From positions 11,756-75,755 of the forward strand of contig DATBKD010000033.1 of assembly GCA_036556025.1 (NCBI GenBank): DNA of 64,000 nucleotides. The letters are read 5' to 3'. Made by a program: the position numbers and the translations under genes. This DNA comes from Gemmatimonadales bacterium (GTDB lineage: Bacteria > Gemmatimonadota > Gemmatimonadetes > Gemmatimonadales > GWC2-71-9). Numbering within the stretch: the stretch's first letter is position 1; every line of letters begins with the position of its first letter. Under the pieces are notes generated by a model, which had not been told where the DNA came from, ran no database searches, and saw only the letters and a program-made list of their open reading frames with translations. Of this stretch, positions 30,244-38,968 are shown piece by piece.

Positions 30244-33197
30244 CGAACCCGTGCCGAGCGTTTCCACAGGCCGTACCCCAGCGCCACACATCCAAACACC
30301 GCCGCCGAGATCCAATACGGCATCGCCTCATGCGAAGTACGAAGCCGCACGCGAATCGTCGGATCGCCCATCAGGGTGAAAGCGGCCCATTCGCCGGGTG
30401 GTCTTTTCTGCTGGATCATCCGGAGCTTTGCATTCCTGAGCGCCTGTGCCTCTGGTTGTCCCCGCGAGAGCTCCTGGTAGAACGCATCGATCAGTCTATT
30501 GGTCCCGCGATCGTTGATCCGCCACCCGGTCGCCAGAATGGAGCGTGCGCCGGCCTGCAACAGCGGAGCACTGAGACCCTGCACTCCCTCACCGTCTACC
30601 ACGACACCACCGGCCGACTGACAGGCCGAGACCACGACGAGATCCGCCGCGAGATGGAGTCCCGCGAGCTCGCCCGGTCCCAGGTATCCGGTCTCACCCT
30701 CTCCGGGTGCGAGCACCAGAGCCGTGCGGCCAGCCGCGTGCTCATCCACCAGAGCATGAGTGGCCAGATGGACGATCTGATAGCCCGTGAGATCGGCTCG
30801 CTTGAGGAACGCCGCGCTGGCCGACTCTCGAAGCCGGACGTCGGCGGATGCGGCGTATCGCGCCGCTCGCTCGACTTCCCGGGCCGATCCCTCGAGCCGG
30901 GGCAGGCCGCCGGCGCTGGCAAAGGCTTCCTGATAGGTTGCGGCAGCGGCCCGCGCCGCCTGGCCGACGTCGGACCCGGGTTGCCCCGTTGGAAATGACG
31001 GATCGCCCAACGCGAGCAGGCGAGTCGTCTGGGGCGCCAAGTCCCTGGGTCGTTGCCATAAGTCGACGAGAATCCTGGCGGAGGGAACCGTACTGATGGC
31101 GAATCGCTCGACCAGCGAGCGGCCGTCTGGCAGCAGCAGCACATCAAACGGCAGCCGGTGCAGCGGTCCATCGGGGATGATGATGAGGCGATTGATGCTG
31201 GAATCGAGATCCGGCAAGATGGGGTCGAATAGCGCTGCCCCCAGCGCGCGAGCGATGGCAGGAGCCTGGTCCCCGCTCTCCAGGAACGCGATCAGCCGGC
31301 CGATCTCTCCGGCAAGTGAGTCGGCCGGAGGAAGCACGGCGGCCCGGATGATCTCGCGCACTCTTCCCGGCCGGCCAACCAGGAATACCGTGGTGGGAGC
31401 GCCGTAGGCGCCGGTCGCATACTCCAGAATGGCGGTGCTGTCGTCCGGGATCAGCGCCGCAAGGGTGGGTGCGTCGAGGTTCTTTTCCGACGCAGGCGCC
31501 GAGCGATTTGTCTGAGAATCGGGCCGGGACGACACCAATGCCTGCGCCCGGCCCATTCGGTCGGCCAGCTCCCGCGCTCGCCGATGTTCGGCGAGCGCGA
31601 AAGCTGCGGCGGCTCTCCCCCCTTTGGCCAGCATCGCAAGCACCCAGGCGATACTGTTGTTGCGATCGTTGGCCTCGGAGGTGCTTGCCTGGAACGCGAG
31701 GGTGCGTAGCTCCCGGTCCTCCAGGGTCGCGCGCCACGCATCCAGTTGCGAAGTGGCCAGCGTCAGCTCCCGTTCAGCTTGGTCCAGTTGATTCCGTCGA
31801 GCGTAGATCTCGGCGAGATACGCCCGAGTCTCGTATTGCCAGAGACCCTCTCGAGAGCCAAGGCTCGCCAGGTACCGCTTGAAGTTCCGCTCCGCGGTTC
31901 CCAGGTCACCTTGCAGGAGCGCCAGCCGGCCGCGGTAACTGGGCATGTCCGGGTCTGCCGCTGCGGTGCCGCGGACCTTGAGCAACCCGGCTGCCGAGTC
32001 CAAGGCCTGTGCGGCGGCGCCCCAGTCCCCTTCTCGCATGGCGATATCGGCCAGGGTCTGATACAGGTCAGCTTCGTGCGAGATGTCACCTTGCCGCCTG
32101 AAGAACCCGATCGCGTCCAGGGTTTCCTGCCGGGCGCCGCCGAAGTCCCCGGTCGCCTCCTTTACCTGCATCGACCAGGAGCGGGCCATCATGAGACCGC
32201 CGGTGTCGGCTTGAGCCGTGTACTCGCGGATGGCCTGCTTGACGTACCCGGCGGCCGTCGCGTTGTCATTGAGCCGAAAGTACAGGGCGGCCAGTGCCAG
32301 CTTGGTCGACGCCAGCACATAGAGGTTGTGGGAAGCCCCGGCCTCGGCCAGAGCGAGGTGCCAGGCATTGAGCGCCTCGCCGAATGCGGCCAGATCCAGC
32401 AGGGCTTCTCCCTCGAGAAAGAGGGCCTCCGCCCGCCGGCTTCGGTCCCTGGTTCGCCGGCGAATCTCCTCCATCATCCGCAGGTCGGCCAGCGTGGAGT
32501 CGTAGTGCCCGGCAAAGCGGTGTTCCAAGGCACGGACCCGGAGACACATGGCCTCAGCGCGAGGCTCTGAGACTCGCCGGCTGAAGTCCAGGGCGGAGGC
32601 CAGCTCCTGGGACGCTGACGGATCGCCAAGGACCAGACGAAACTGAGCCCGAAGACACCGGCTGGCGGCTTGCACGAGGGACACGTCGCGCGGGGTGATC
32701 CGGAGGGCAGTATCTACCAGCGCGATGCCGACCTCGGCTCCCTGGCTCAGGGACCGGATTCGACCCAGCCAGAGAATGGCCTGTCCCTCCGCACCTCGAT
32801 CACCCGTCGCCCGTGCGTCGGCCCGCGCCTTGACCAGAAGCTGGTCGATCTCGCCTAGGCGCCCTTGCTCGTAGAGACCCTCGGCGAGTCCCAGATGGGC
32901 GTAGGCGGAGACGTGGCGATCGTCCGTCGGAGTGACGGCAAAGAGGCTGCGGTACAGCGAGTCGGCGGAGGGGTACTCATAGGTAAGGCGCGCGAGCGTG
33001 GCGAGGGCGAGCCTGGCAGTCGGGTTGGCGCTATCACGTGCTTCCAGCGCCGTCCATTGTGACCGAACCGTCGAGGCGCGATCGGCCTCAACGGCCACGG
33101 TCACCTCCCGCACGATTGCGCGAGGGTCGCTCGGGGCGGTGCCCTGAAGAAGGACGGCCGCGGAACCCGCAACCGCGATGACGGTGAGCATGGGCAA
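30240..33197 (-). CDS. TPR-repeat + CHAT domain protein with C-terminal membrane anchor (paralog B)
   Basis: Same architecture as paralog A. Motifs IIIPDGPLHRLPFDVL, HLATHALVD (His codon 30756-30758) and VVVSACQSAGG (Cys codon 30621-30623). TM segment YWISAAVFGCVALGYGLW followed by KRSARVR. Confidence 0.85.
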   Translation of the reverse strand: MPMLTVIAVAGSAAVLLQGTAPSDPRAIVREVTVAVEADRASTVRSQWTALEARDSANPTARLALATLARLTYEYPSADSLYRSLFAVTPTDDRHVSAYAHLGLAEGLYEQGRLGEIDQLLVKARADARATGDRGAEGQAILWLGRIRSLSQGAEVGIALVDTALRITPRDVSLVQAASRCLRAQFRLVLGDPSASQELASALDFSRRVSEPRAEAMCLRVRALEHRFAGHYDSTLADLRMMEEIRRRTRDRSRRAEALFLEGEALLDLAAFGEALNAWHLALAEAGASHNLYVLASTKLALAALYFRLNDNATAAGYVKQAIREYTAQADTGGLMMARSWSMQVKEATGDFGGARQETLDAIGFFRRQGDISHEADLYQTLADIAMREGDWGAAAQALDSAAGLLKVRGTAAADPDMPSYRGRLALLQGDLGTAERNFKRYLASLGSREGLWQYETRAYLAEIYARRNQLDQAERELTLATSQLDAWRATLEDRELRTLAFQASTSEANDRNNSIAWVLAMLAKGGRAAAAFALAEHRRARELADRMGRAQALVSSRPDSQTNRSAPASEKNLDAPTLAALIPDDSTAILEYATGAYGAPTTVFLVGRPGRVREIIRAAVLPPADSLAGEIGRLIAFLESGDQAPAIARALGAALFDPILPDLDSSINRLIIIPDGPLHRLPFDVLLLPDGRSLVERFAISTVPSARILVDLWQRPRDLAPQTTRLLALGDPSFPTGQPGSDVGQAARAAAATYQEAFASAGGLPRLEGSAREVERAARYAASADVRLRESASAAFLKRADLTGYQIVHLATHALVDEHAAGRTALVLAPGEGETGYLGPGELAGLHLAADLVVVSACQSAGGVVVDGEGVQGLSAPLLQAGARSILATGWRINDRGTNRLIDAFYQELSRGQPEAQALRNAKLRMIQQKRPPGEWAAFTLMGDPTIRVRLRTSHEAMPYWISAAVFGCVALGYGLWKRSARVR

Positions 33198-33377
33198 TGC
33201 TACAGTGATGCCGGTGCGGGAGTTCGCGCAAGAGCGAGTAGTGCACGGCGTTGCGCGAAATGAGAAAAAAATGAGGCGGTCTGCGTTCCTCTACCGGCAG
33301 CAGTGGGTTGATTGGCCGTTGGGGGCGCCACGGCGCTCGTGCTGGCGGCCGAATTGAGGGCGGCATACGATTGAAGG

Positions 33378-33923
33378 ATGACCGACCCCTCCGATCGAGT
33401 CTCCGCCTCTCTCGAAGCGCTGGTGGCCCGATTTGGCAGAATGGTCCGGCGGGTCGGCTTCGATCATGGCCTCACCGAGACCGACGTGGAAGAAGTGGTG
33501 CAGGAGGTGCGGATCCGGATCTGGAAGGCCCGGGCGGACATAATTGGTGAGCTCCAGGCCGCTTACGTCCACCGTACCGCCGTCTCGGCGGCACTGGATA
33601 TTATCCGGCGCCGACGGTCCGAGGCTAGGTTCGGGAGCAGTGATCCCGAGGAGGACGTTGCGATTACCACTGATTCAACGCTCGACGCGCAGCGAGGCTT
33701 GGAGGTCGCCGAAATGGAGGCGGGCGTTGCCCGGATGGTTGAAGCGCTTGCCGCCTCCCGGCGGCCGGTCGTCCGGATGTATCTGCAGGGCTATTCCCGC
33801 GAGGAGATCGCGGAGCTCCTGGGGTGGTCGGAGGGCAAGACCAGAAACCTGTTGTATCGCGGGCTGGCAGACCTTCGATCCATGCTGACGGCGAAGGGAC
33901 TTGGGCCGGGGGGTGACCGATGA
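33378..33923 (+). CDS. ECF-type RNA polymerase sigma factor (sigma70 regions 2 and 4)
   Basis: Region 2: DVEEVVQEVRIRIWKA. Region 4: VVRMYLQGYSREEIAELLGWSEGKTRNLLYRGLADLR. It is divergent from the CHAT genes, and its stop overlaps the anti-sigma start as ATGA. Confidence 0.85.
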   Translation: MTDPSDRVSASLEALVARFGRMVRRVGFDHGLTETDVEEVVQEVRIRIWKARADIIGELQAAYVHRTAVSAALDIIRRRRSEARFGSSDPEEDVAITTDSTLDAQRGLEVAEMEAGVARMVEALAASRRPVVRMYLQGYSREEIAELLGWSEGKTRNLLYRGLADLRSMLTAKGLGPGGDR

Positions 33924-34564
33924 CCGACGAGGAGCTGCGACGGGCCTATCAGGCAGCAGTGGCGACGCGTCAGAAAGGTCGGGAAGATTGTCCCGCTCCC
34001 GAGGCACTCAGCAGTTTGGTTGCGCGCGAAGGCAATGAGTCCAACCGGTTGGCCCTTCTGGACCACGTCATGACCTGTCCTGCCTGCCGACACGAGTTCG
34101 AGTTGCTTCGGGCGGTGCATGTGGCAGGCCGACCGCGTCCTGCTTGGCGTTACCAGCCTCTCGCGTTGGCGGCATCGATTGCACTCCTGGTGGGCCTCGG
34201 CGGCGCGGCGCTCTGGTCCAGACTGATGCCCTCCGGACCCGACACCCTCCGAGGGGGCGGGGGCGGGGGAGGGGGCGGGGGCGCGGGACAGGTGGAGCTG
34301 GTGCGCCCGACCGCCGGATCGGTGGTCACCCCGCCGCTCACGCTCGTGTGGCGGACCGTGTCCGGCACGCGTATCTACACCGTGGAGCTCCTCGCTCCCG
34401 ATGGGCGCCTGGTAAAGTCCTGGACCACGGCGGACACCTCCATCACCCTTTCCAATCCGGCTTCCGCCCATGTGCCCGCCGGCGCCTACGCCTGGTGGGT
34501 GCGCGCCCGTCTCCCCGACGGGTCGGAACGGCGGTCGACCGTGACCCGATTCGAGCTGCACTGA
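33920..34564 (+). CDS. Membrane-spanning anti-sigma factor (zinc-binding ZAS-type, HxxxCxxC) with extracytoplasmic beta-rich domain
   Basis: HVMTCPACRH motif. Single TM LALAASIALLVGLGGAALW. A Gly10 linker. A C-terminal ~100-aa domain (LTLVWRTVSGTRIYTVELLAPDG...). Confidence 0.75.
   Translation: MTDEELRRAYQAAVATRQKGREDCPAPEALSSLVAREGNESNRLALLDHVMTCPACRHEFELLRAVHVAGRPRPAWRYQPLALAASIALLVGLGGAALWSRLMPSGPDTLRGGGGGGGGGGAGQVELVRPTAGSVVTPPLTLVWRTVSGTRIYTVELLAPDGRLVKSWTTADTSITLSNPASAHVPAGAYAWWVRARLPDGSERRSTVTRFELH
34253..34281 (+). repeat. Five consecutive G5 runs (GGGGGC-type hexamer repeat), a G-quadruplex-capable tract encoding poly-Gly
   Basis: GGGGGCGGGGGCGGGGGAGGGGGCGGGGG lies inside the anti-sigma gene, in frame as GGGGGGGGGG. 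Confidence 0.9.
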
Positions 34565-34680
34565 AGCGACGGGTTTCCAGCCCGTTGGGATGTCGGTGTG
34601 AGACAGCCGGAGCGTGGCTCACGTTCCTCTAGTGAGTTTGCGATCCGACTTCCCGCTACATCTCGACTTCGGAGCCCGCC

Positions 34681-36009
34681 ATGCGTATCGGGGCATTGGT
34701 ACTCACCGCCATGTTGCTGGGGGTAACCACACTTCCGGCCCAGCAATCCTCCACCCCCCCGAAGACCTCAGCGAAGAAATCTGCCCCCAGCACGGTCCTA
34801 CCGGCCAAAGCCTCCGCCCCGGCCGTTCAGGCCGCGCCTCCCGTCGGGGGGGACGTTCAATCCGCCCAAGTCGCAGCTGCCACGGACTCGGTGCCTGATT
34901 CGACGGCCGCAAAGCCAAAGAGCAAGGGTGGGCTCTGGGGGAAGGCGAAGAAGCTCGCCAAGAACAAGGTCGTCCAGACGGTAGCGAAGACAGCGGCCTG
35001 CACGATGGTCCCCGGAGGGCAGGCGATCGCCGGTGCTATCGACGCGGCGGCGGCCAAGAGCGCCGGAGAGGCAGCGCAGGGCGCGGCGAGTGCCGCGAGC
35101 GGCTCGAGCTGCATGCCGGGCATGGGCGGGGCTGGTGGCGCCGCAATGTCGGGGGCCGGAATGGCGGGAGCCGGAGGATTAGCAGGGGCGGCTGGCATGG
35201 CCGGCGCAAGCGCGCTCCCATCGCTGGTCGGCGGTGCCACGTCCGGTGGAGACGCGATGTCGGCAGCGCAGATGCAGCAGATGCAGCAGATGCAAATGGC
35301 TGGAGCTTCAGCAGGTGGCATGGGCTACTCGGCCATGGGACCCGCGGCGGGCATGGTGCCCGATGAGGCAGAGACCGCGCGGTGCCTGGGGATCACGGTG
35401 GAGGAGTATCGCCAGTTCAGCAACCCCACTGGCGGAGAGTACCGCCAGATGACCAAGGCCGAGATGAAGCAGCAAATGAAGATCGGCAAGAAGGTCCAGA
35501 AGCGTCAGCAGGCGTGCGCGATGCAGCAGGCCGCGCAAGCCATGGCCATGTCGCAGCAGGCGATGGCCGCCTCACAGCCGGCGATGGCCGCTGCCCGGCA
35601 GCGGGTCGCTGCGGCCGACCCAGGGGTGATGACCGAAGCGTCTGGCAAGCAACCGGCCTTGGGGGCCGACCTGGTCGCCGAGTTGAAGAAGGGCAAGACG
35701 GCCGTTCGCGACATCGACTGGGTGGCTGGAGCCGTGACGGTGTCGGAGGCGGGAAAGCCCGGATTCGATGCAGCGATGGCGAAACTGGCTGCCGCGATGC
35801 AGGAAGCCGCCGGGAGTTACCGGATCGACCTCTACTTGGACAAGCGCTACGGTGACGCCGAGCTCAAGACGCTGTCGGTCTCGCGGATCGCGACGGTCGC
35901 CCAGGCTCTTCAGAATGCATCGAGCAACAGCCCGGTCGCTGTGAAGATGGGAAGCGGCAAAAAGGACAAGGATCCCCGGCTCGAGATCGTAAGGACGAGC
36001 GGACGCTGA
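34681..36009 (+). CDS. Secreted Ala/Gly/Met/Gln-rich low-complexity protein with degenerate OmpA-like C-terminal domain
   Basis: Signal peptide MRIGALVLTAMLLGVTTLPAQ. Tracts GMGGAGGAAMSGAGMAGAGG, MQQMQQMQMAG and AMAMSQQAMAASQPAMAAA. The C-terminus (YRIDLYLDKRYGDAELKTLSVSRIATVAQAL) aligns by eye with the OmpA-like end of the next gene. Confidence 0.6.
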   Translation: MRIGALVLTAMLLGVTTLPAQQSSTPPKTSAKKSAPSTVLPAKASAPAVQAAPPVGGDVQSAQVAAATDSVPDSTAAKPKSKGGLWGKAKKLAKNKVVQTVAKTAACTMVPGGQAIAGAIDAAAAKSAGEAAQGAASAASGSSCMPGMGGAGGAAMSGAGMAGAGGLAGAAGMAGASALPSLVGGATSGGDAMSAAQMQQMQQMQMAGASAGGMGYSAMGPAAGMVPDEAETARCLGITVEEYRQFSNPTGGEYRQMTKAEMKQQMKIGKKVQKRQQACAMQQAAQAMAMSQQAMAASQPAMAAARQRVAAADPGVMTEASGKQPALGADLVAELKKGKTAVRDIDWVAGAVTVSEAGKPGFDAAMAKLAAAMQEAAGSYRIDLYLDKRYGDAELKTLSVSRIATVAQALQNASSNSPVAVKMGSGKKDKDPRLEIVRTSGR

Positions 36010-36070
36010 GTCCTCCCGAATCCGTGCCTCTGAGTAGATGAACCGCCCGCATTCGTGAGGGGCTTCACCC

Positions 36071-37402
36071 ATGGATATCACGGCTCGGAAGTATGCCTCG
36101 CTCGGGTTTGTGAGCATCGCACTCTGGATCGCGACTCCAATCTCCGTGAACGCCCAGTGGACCGTCACCATGCGTGCCATGCAGAACCCCCTCGCCGTAG
36201 GTCAGTGCACCGGAATTGAAGTAACGATCGTAGACCAGCGAGGTTTTCCGCCGGTTCGGCCGGACAAGAAGCAGACGAGCGGGTGGGATTTCGACCTCGA
36301 GTTCACCGCGGCCAGCCCCGACGCGTTCGCCTGGCGGGATGAACGGCACCGGTTTCTTTGCGCCAAGGCGCCGACCGCTCCGACCGCGGTAGTCGTGGCG
36401 AGCTATCCGGCGAAGCATCTCCAGCCGTCGGAGCGCGTGCCCGGCCTGACGCTGCAGCGGTCCATCGAGGTGGCGATGCAGGGCGCACCGGCTGGGCCGA
36501 TGCCGCCGATGGATCCCTCGACTGGATATCCAGCCGGTGCGCCCGGAACGACGGCACCAGCGGGCTACGCCGCGCCGCTAACAGACCCCTCCCAGGCCTC
36601 TGGCCCGCCTGGCGGGCCGGCGTATCAGACTGGGGCCTCACCCGGATATCCACCTTCCCCGATGCCACAGCAGGGACCGAGCGGCTATGCGCCCGCTTCG
36701 GCGCCTCAGGTTTATCCCTACCCGGTGGACCCCGCGACGCAGGCCGGGCAGCCAGGGCTTCCGCCGCAGCCCGACGCAGCACAACCCGTTGCCGGACAGC
36801 CTGTCGCGGCACAGCCTGTCGCGCAACCGCAGGCCCGCAACTTCAAACAGCTGTTTCAGAAAATCGGGAGCCATGCGAGGCAACAGGCGCGCGACGTCGC
36901 CGGCAACACGGTGAATTACACCGCCGACGCGGCCAATAGCGTCGTCGACAACACGCTCACGTCCGGCAGCGATCTCATCAAGGCCAACGTGCAGACCACA
37001 GCCGGCGGTCTCGGCGGAGTAGGGCAGGCGCTCTTCAGCGGGGCCAAGGGGCAGGGCGGTCCCGGGGATCTCGCGGTCGCACTTGCCACGGGGCGAGTGG
37101 TGCTCCGCGAGCTCCGCTTCCAGGAGCACACGGCAGTCCTGGACCCGTCGTCGGGCCCGCTCCTGGCGAGGCTGGCGCAGGCCCTCCTGGCGACTCCGGG
37201 ACAATACCTCATCGAGGCGCACGTAGACAAAGTCGAGGGACCGCCGGCGCAGGCTCTTTCCGATCAGCGCGCAGTTGCGGTCAAAAATGCCCTCATCTCT
37301 TCGGGCGTTCCCGCCATGCAGTTGGTCGCGACCGGGTACGGAGCGACCCGGCCACTCACCAGCGGCAACAGTGCGCGCATCGAGATCGCGCGCACTCAGT
37401 GA
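36071..37402 (+). CDS. Secreted Pro/Gln-rich protein with OmpA-family C-terminal (peptidoglycan-binding) domain
   Basis: Signal or anchor segment LGFVSIALWIATPISVNAQ. A PxxGY/QPVA repeat region. C-terminal OmpA-like YLIEAHVDKVEGPPAQALSDQRAVAVKNALISSGVPAMQLVATGYGATRPL. Confidence 0.7.
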   Translation: MDITARKYASLGFVSIALWIATPISVNAQWTVTMRAMQNPLAVGQCTGIEVTIVDQRGFPPVRPDKKQTSGWDFDLEFTAASPDAFAWRDERHRFLCAKAPTAPTAVVVASYPAKHLQPSERVPGLTLQRSIEVAMQGAPAGPMPPMDPSTGYPAGAPGTTAPAGYAAPLTDPSQASGPPGGPAYQTGASPGYPPSPMPQQGPSGYAPASAPQVYPYPVDPATQAGQPGLPPQPDAAQPVAGQPVAAQPVAQPQARNFKQLFQKIGSHARQQARDVAGNTVNYTADAANSVVDNTLTSGSDLIKANVQTTAGGLGGVGQALFSGAKGQGGPGDLAVALATGRVVLRELRFQEHTAVLDPSSGPLLARLAQALLATPGQYLIEAHVDKVEGPPAQALSDQRAVAVKNALISSGVPAMQLVATGYGATRPLTSGNSARIEIARTQ

Positions 37403-37516
37403 GGCTGAGAAGAAACGCAGCGTCGTGGCGTTAATCGGATAGCAGTCGCCAGACAGCTATTTCCACCCGAATTCACGTCCTGCACCACACGCGCCCGCGA
37501 GGGCGAGGAGCCGCGT

Positions 37517-38134
37517 ATGTCCCGTAACCGCCTGACTGCCGCCACTGCGCTGGTCGCGCTCGGGGCCCTCCTGGGCGCCGCCGCGCCGGCCCAGGCCCAG
37601 AAGTTCTCCCTGGCACCAACTTTCGGGGTCTACATCCCGACCACTGAGCTGATCAAGGCGATCAATGGCCAGTCCTTCAAGCAGGAAGTCGGCATCGCGG
37701 TCGGCGGCCGGATGGGTATCGCTTTCTCCCGCCGCCTCGGATTCCAGGCGACCGGCTCGTATGTGCCGAGCAACCTCCGCTTTGCTCTCGATGGCACCAA
37801 CCAGACCACCGATGCCTCGTTGTTCTTCGGGGCCGGCAAGCTCTCCTTCTTCGTGCTTCCGCCGACCTCGCCCATCTCGTTCCAACTCAATGGTGGCGTC
37901 GCGTTGGTCAAACGGAGTGGCACCGCGTACCAGAACCTCAAGGACAAGAACAGCGTGGGTGGCACCGTAGGGGCGCAGCTGGGACTCCGGCTCGGGCCGC
38001 TGCCGCTTCTGCTCGCGGCGGAAACCTATCTCTACAAACAGCACCTCGAGGGCCTCACCACCGACAGCGGCGAGCAGGCCAGCCAGAAGGACGTGCAGCT
38101 CTCGATCGGCTTCGGCCTTCCGGGGATGCACTAG
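37517..38134 (+). CDS. Outer-membrane beta-barrel protein, 205 aa (paralog 1 of 2)
   Basis: Signal peptide ending AQAQ. Amphipathic beta-strand pattern. It shares long identical runs with 40828..41445 (GVYIPTTEL, FKQEVGIAVGGR, SYVPSNLRF). Confidence 0.75.
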   Translation: MSRNRLTAATALVALGALLGAAAPAQAQKFSLAPTFGVYIPTTELIKAINGQSFKQEVGIAVGGRMGIAFSRRLGFQATGSYVPSNLRFALDGTNQTTDASLFFGAGKLSFFVLPPTSPISFQLNGGVALVKRSGTAYQNLKDKNSVGGTVGAQLGLRLGPLPLLLAAETYLYKQHLEGLTTDSGEQASQKDVQLSIGFGLPGMH

Positions 38135-38168
38135 TCCGCCACGATTCGTGACTGAAGGAGATGCGCTC

Positions 38169-38921
38169 ATGATTCGCTCCAACTGGATGTGCGGCTTGCT
38201 CGCCTTGCTGGCGTCGCCGCTGTCCGCACAGGTCTCCGCGGAGGCGGCCCGGATCGAACAGCCGCAGGCTGCAATGCCCACGGCTACCCGCTCCCGGGCG
38301 AGTCTGGAACGGGTGGTCGTGAACACCAGCATCGGCGTGCGCGGGGTTTTTCCCACTGGCGGAGAGGCCATCGACATCTTCTTCGATGCCGTAGATGGCG
38401 CCACGACCTACACGCTCCGTCGCGCAAGCTCCTCGAATGGTCCCTATACCACGCTGCCGCCCAGTCAGGCCCGGCTTACGACCCACAACTACGTGGCCAA
38501 TCCGCCCTGCTGCGAGATCATGGACATGGAGGCATACAAGGTCGGTGTAGGCCAGACCGTGTGGTATATGGTCGACGCCTGGTCCGGCACAACGCTGATA
38601 AAGAGCACCGCCCCAATTCGGATGGACCTCCCCAGCTGGTTCACGGGGCCGCTGCGCGTCGATGTGGCCAAGACCGGCAACGATCAGTGGACCATCGGGT
38701 GGGAGCCGGTGGTAGGTGCGACGTCGTACTTGGTGTGGGTCAGAATCAATGGCGGCCAGATCAACACCCTCTACAACCCCAATGTCCCTGCGAGTCAGCG
38801 CCAGCTGACCCTGAGCGGTCTGTATCCCGGCACGCAGTACCTGGTCTATGTCTCCGGCTCGGTCACGTGGAACGGGATGAAACTCGGACGCAGCGGGTCG
38901 ATCTGGTACACGGCACCCTGA
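38169..38921 (+). CDS. Secreted protein with two fibronectin-type-III-like modules
   Basis: The ATG at 38169 lies 8 nt after AAGGAG. Signal peptide MIRSNWMCGLLALLASPLSAQ. Contains GATTYTLRRASSSNGPYTTL and WTIGWEPVVGATSYLVWVRING...LSGLYPGTQYLVYV. Confidence 0.65.
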   Translation: MIRSNWMCGLLALLASPLSAQVSAEAARIEQPQAAMPTATRSRASLERVVVNTSIGVRGVFPTGGEAIDIFFDAVDGATTYTLRRASSSNGPYTTLPPSQARLTTHNYVANPPCCEIMDMEAYKVGVGQTVWYMVDAWSGTTLIKSTAPIRMDLPSWFTGPLRVDVAKTGNDQWTIGWEPVVGATSYLVWVRINGGQINTLYNPNVPASQRQLTLSGLYPGTQYLVYVSGSVTWNGMKLGRSGSIWYTAP

Positions 38922-38968
38922 GGGCCGCAGGCAACCGTCCGCAACAGAAGATTCAGAGGGAAGAACAC

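Noticed and set aside
30244-30315. Upstream start (MDLGGGVWMCGAG...) for CHAT paralog A
   Set aside because: It would overlap paralog B by 76 nt. The ATG at 30243 gives an ATGA stop/start junction and begins directly at the signal-like hydrophobic segment. It is not fully excluded.
33198-33377. ECF-type promoter (GGAAC-N16/17-CGT) in the divergent region between CHAT paralog B and the ECF sigma gene
   Set aside because: A GGAAC exists on the minus strand (rc of about 33284-33288), but no CGT-type -10 follows at the right spacing. Only an unusual A7 tract (about 33264-33278) stands out. No promoter call was made.
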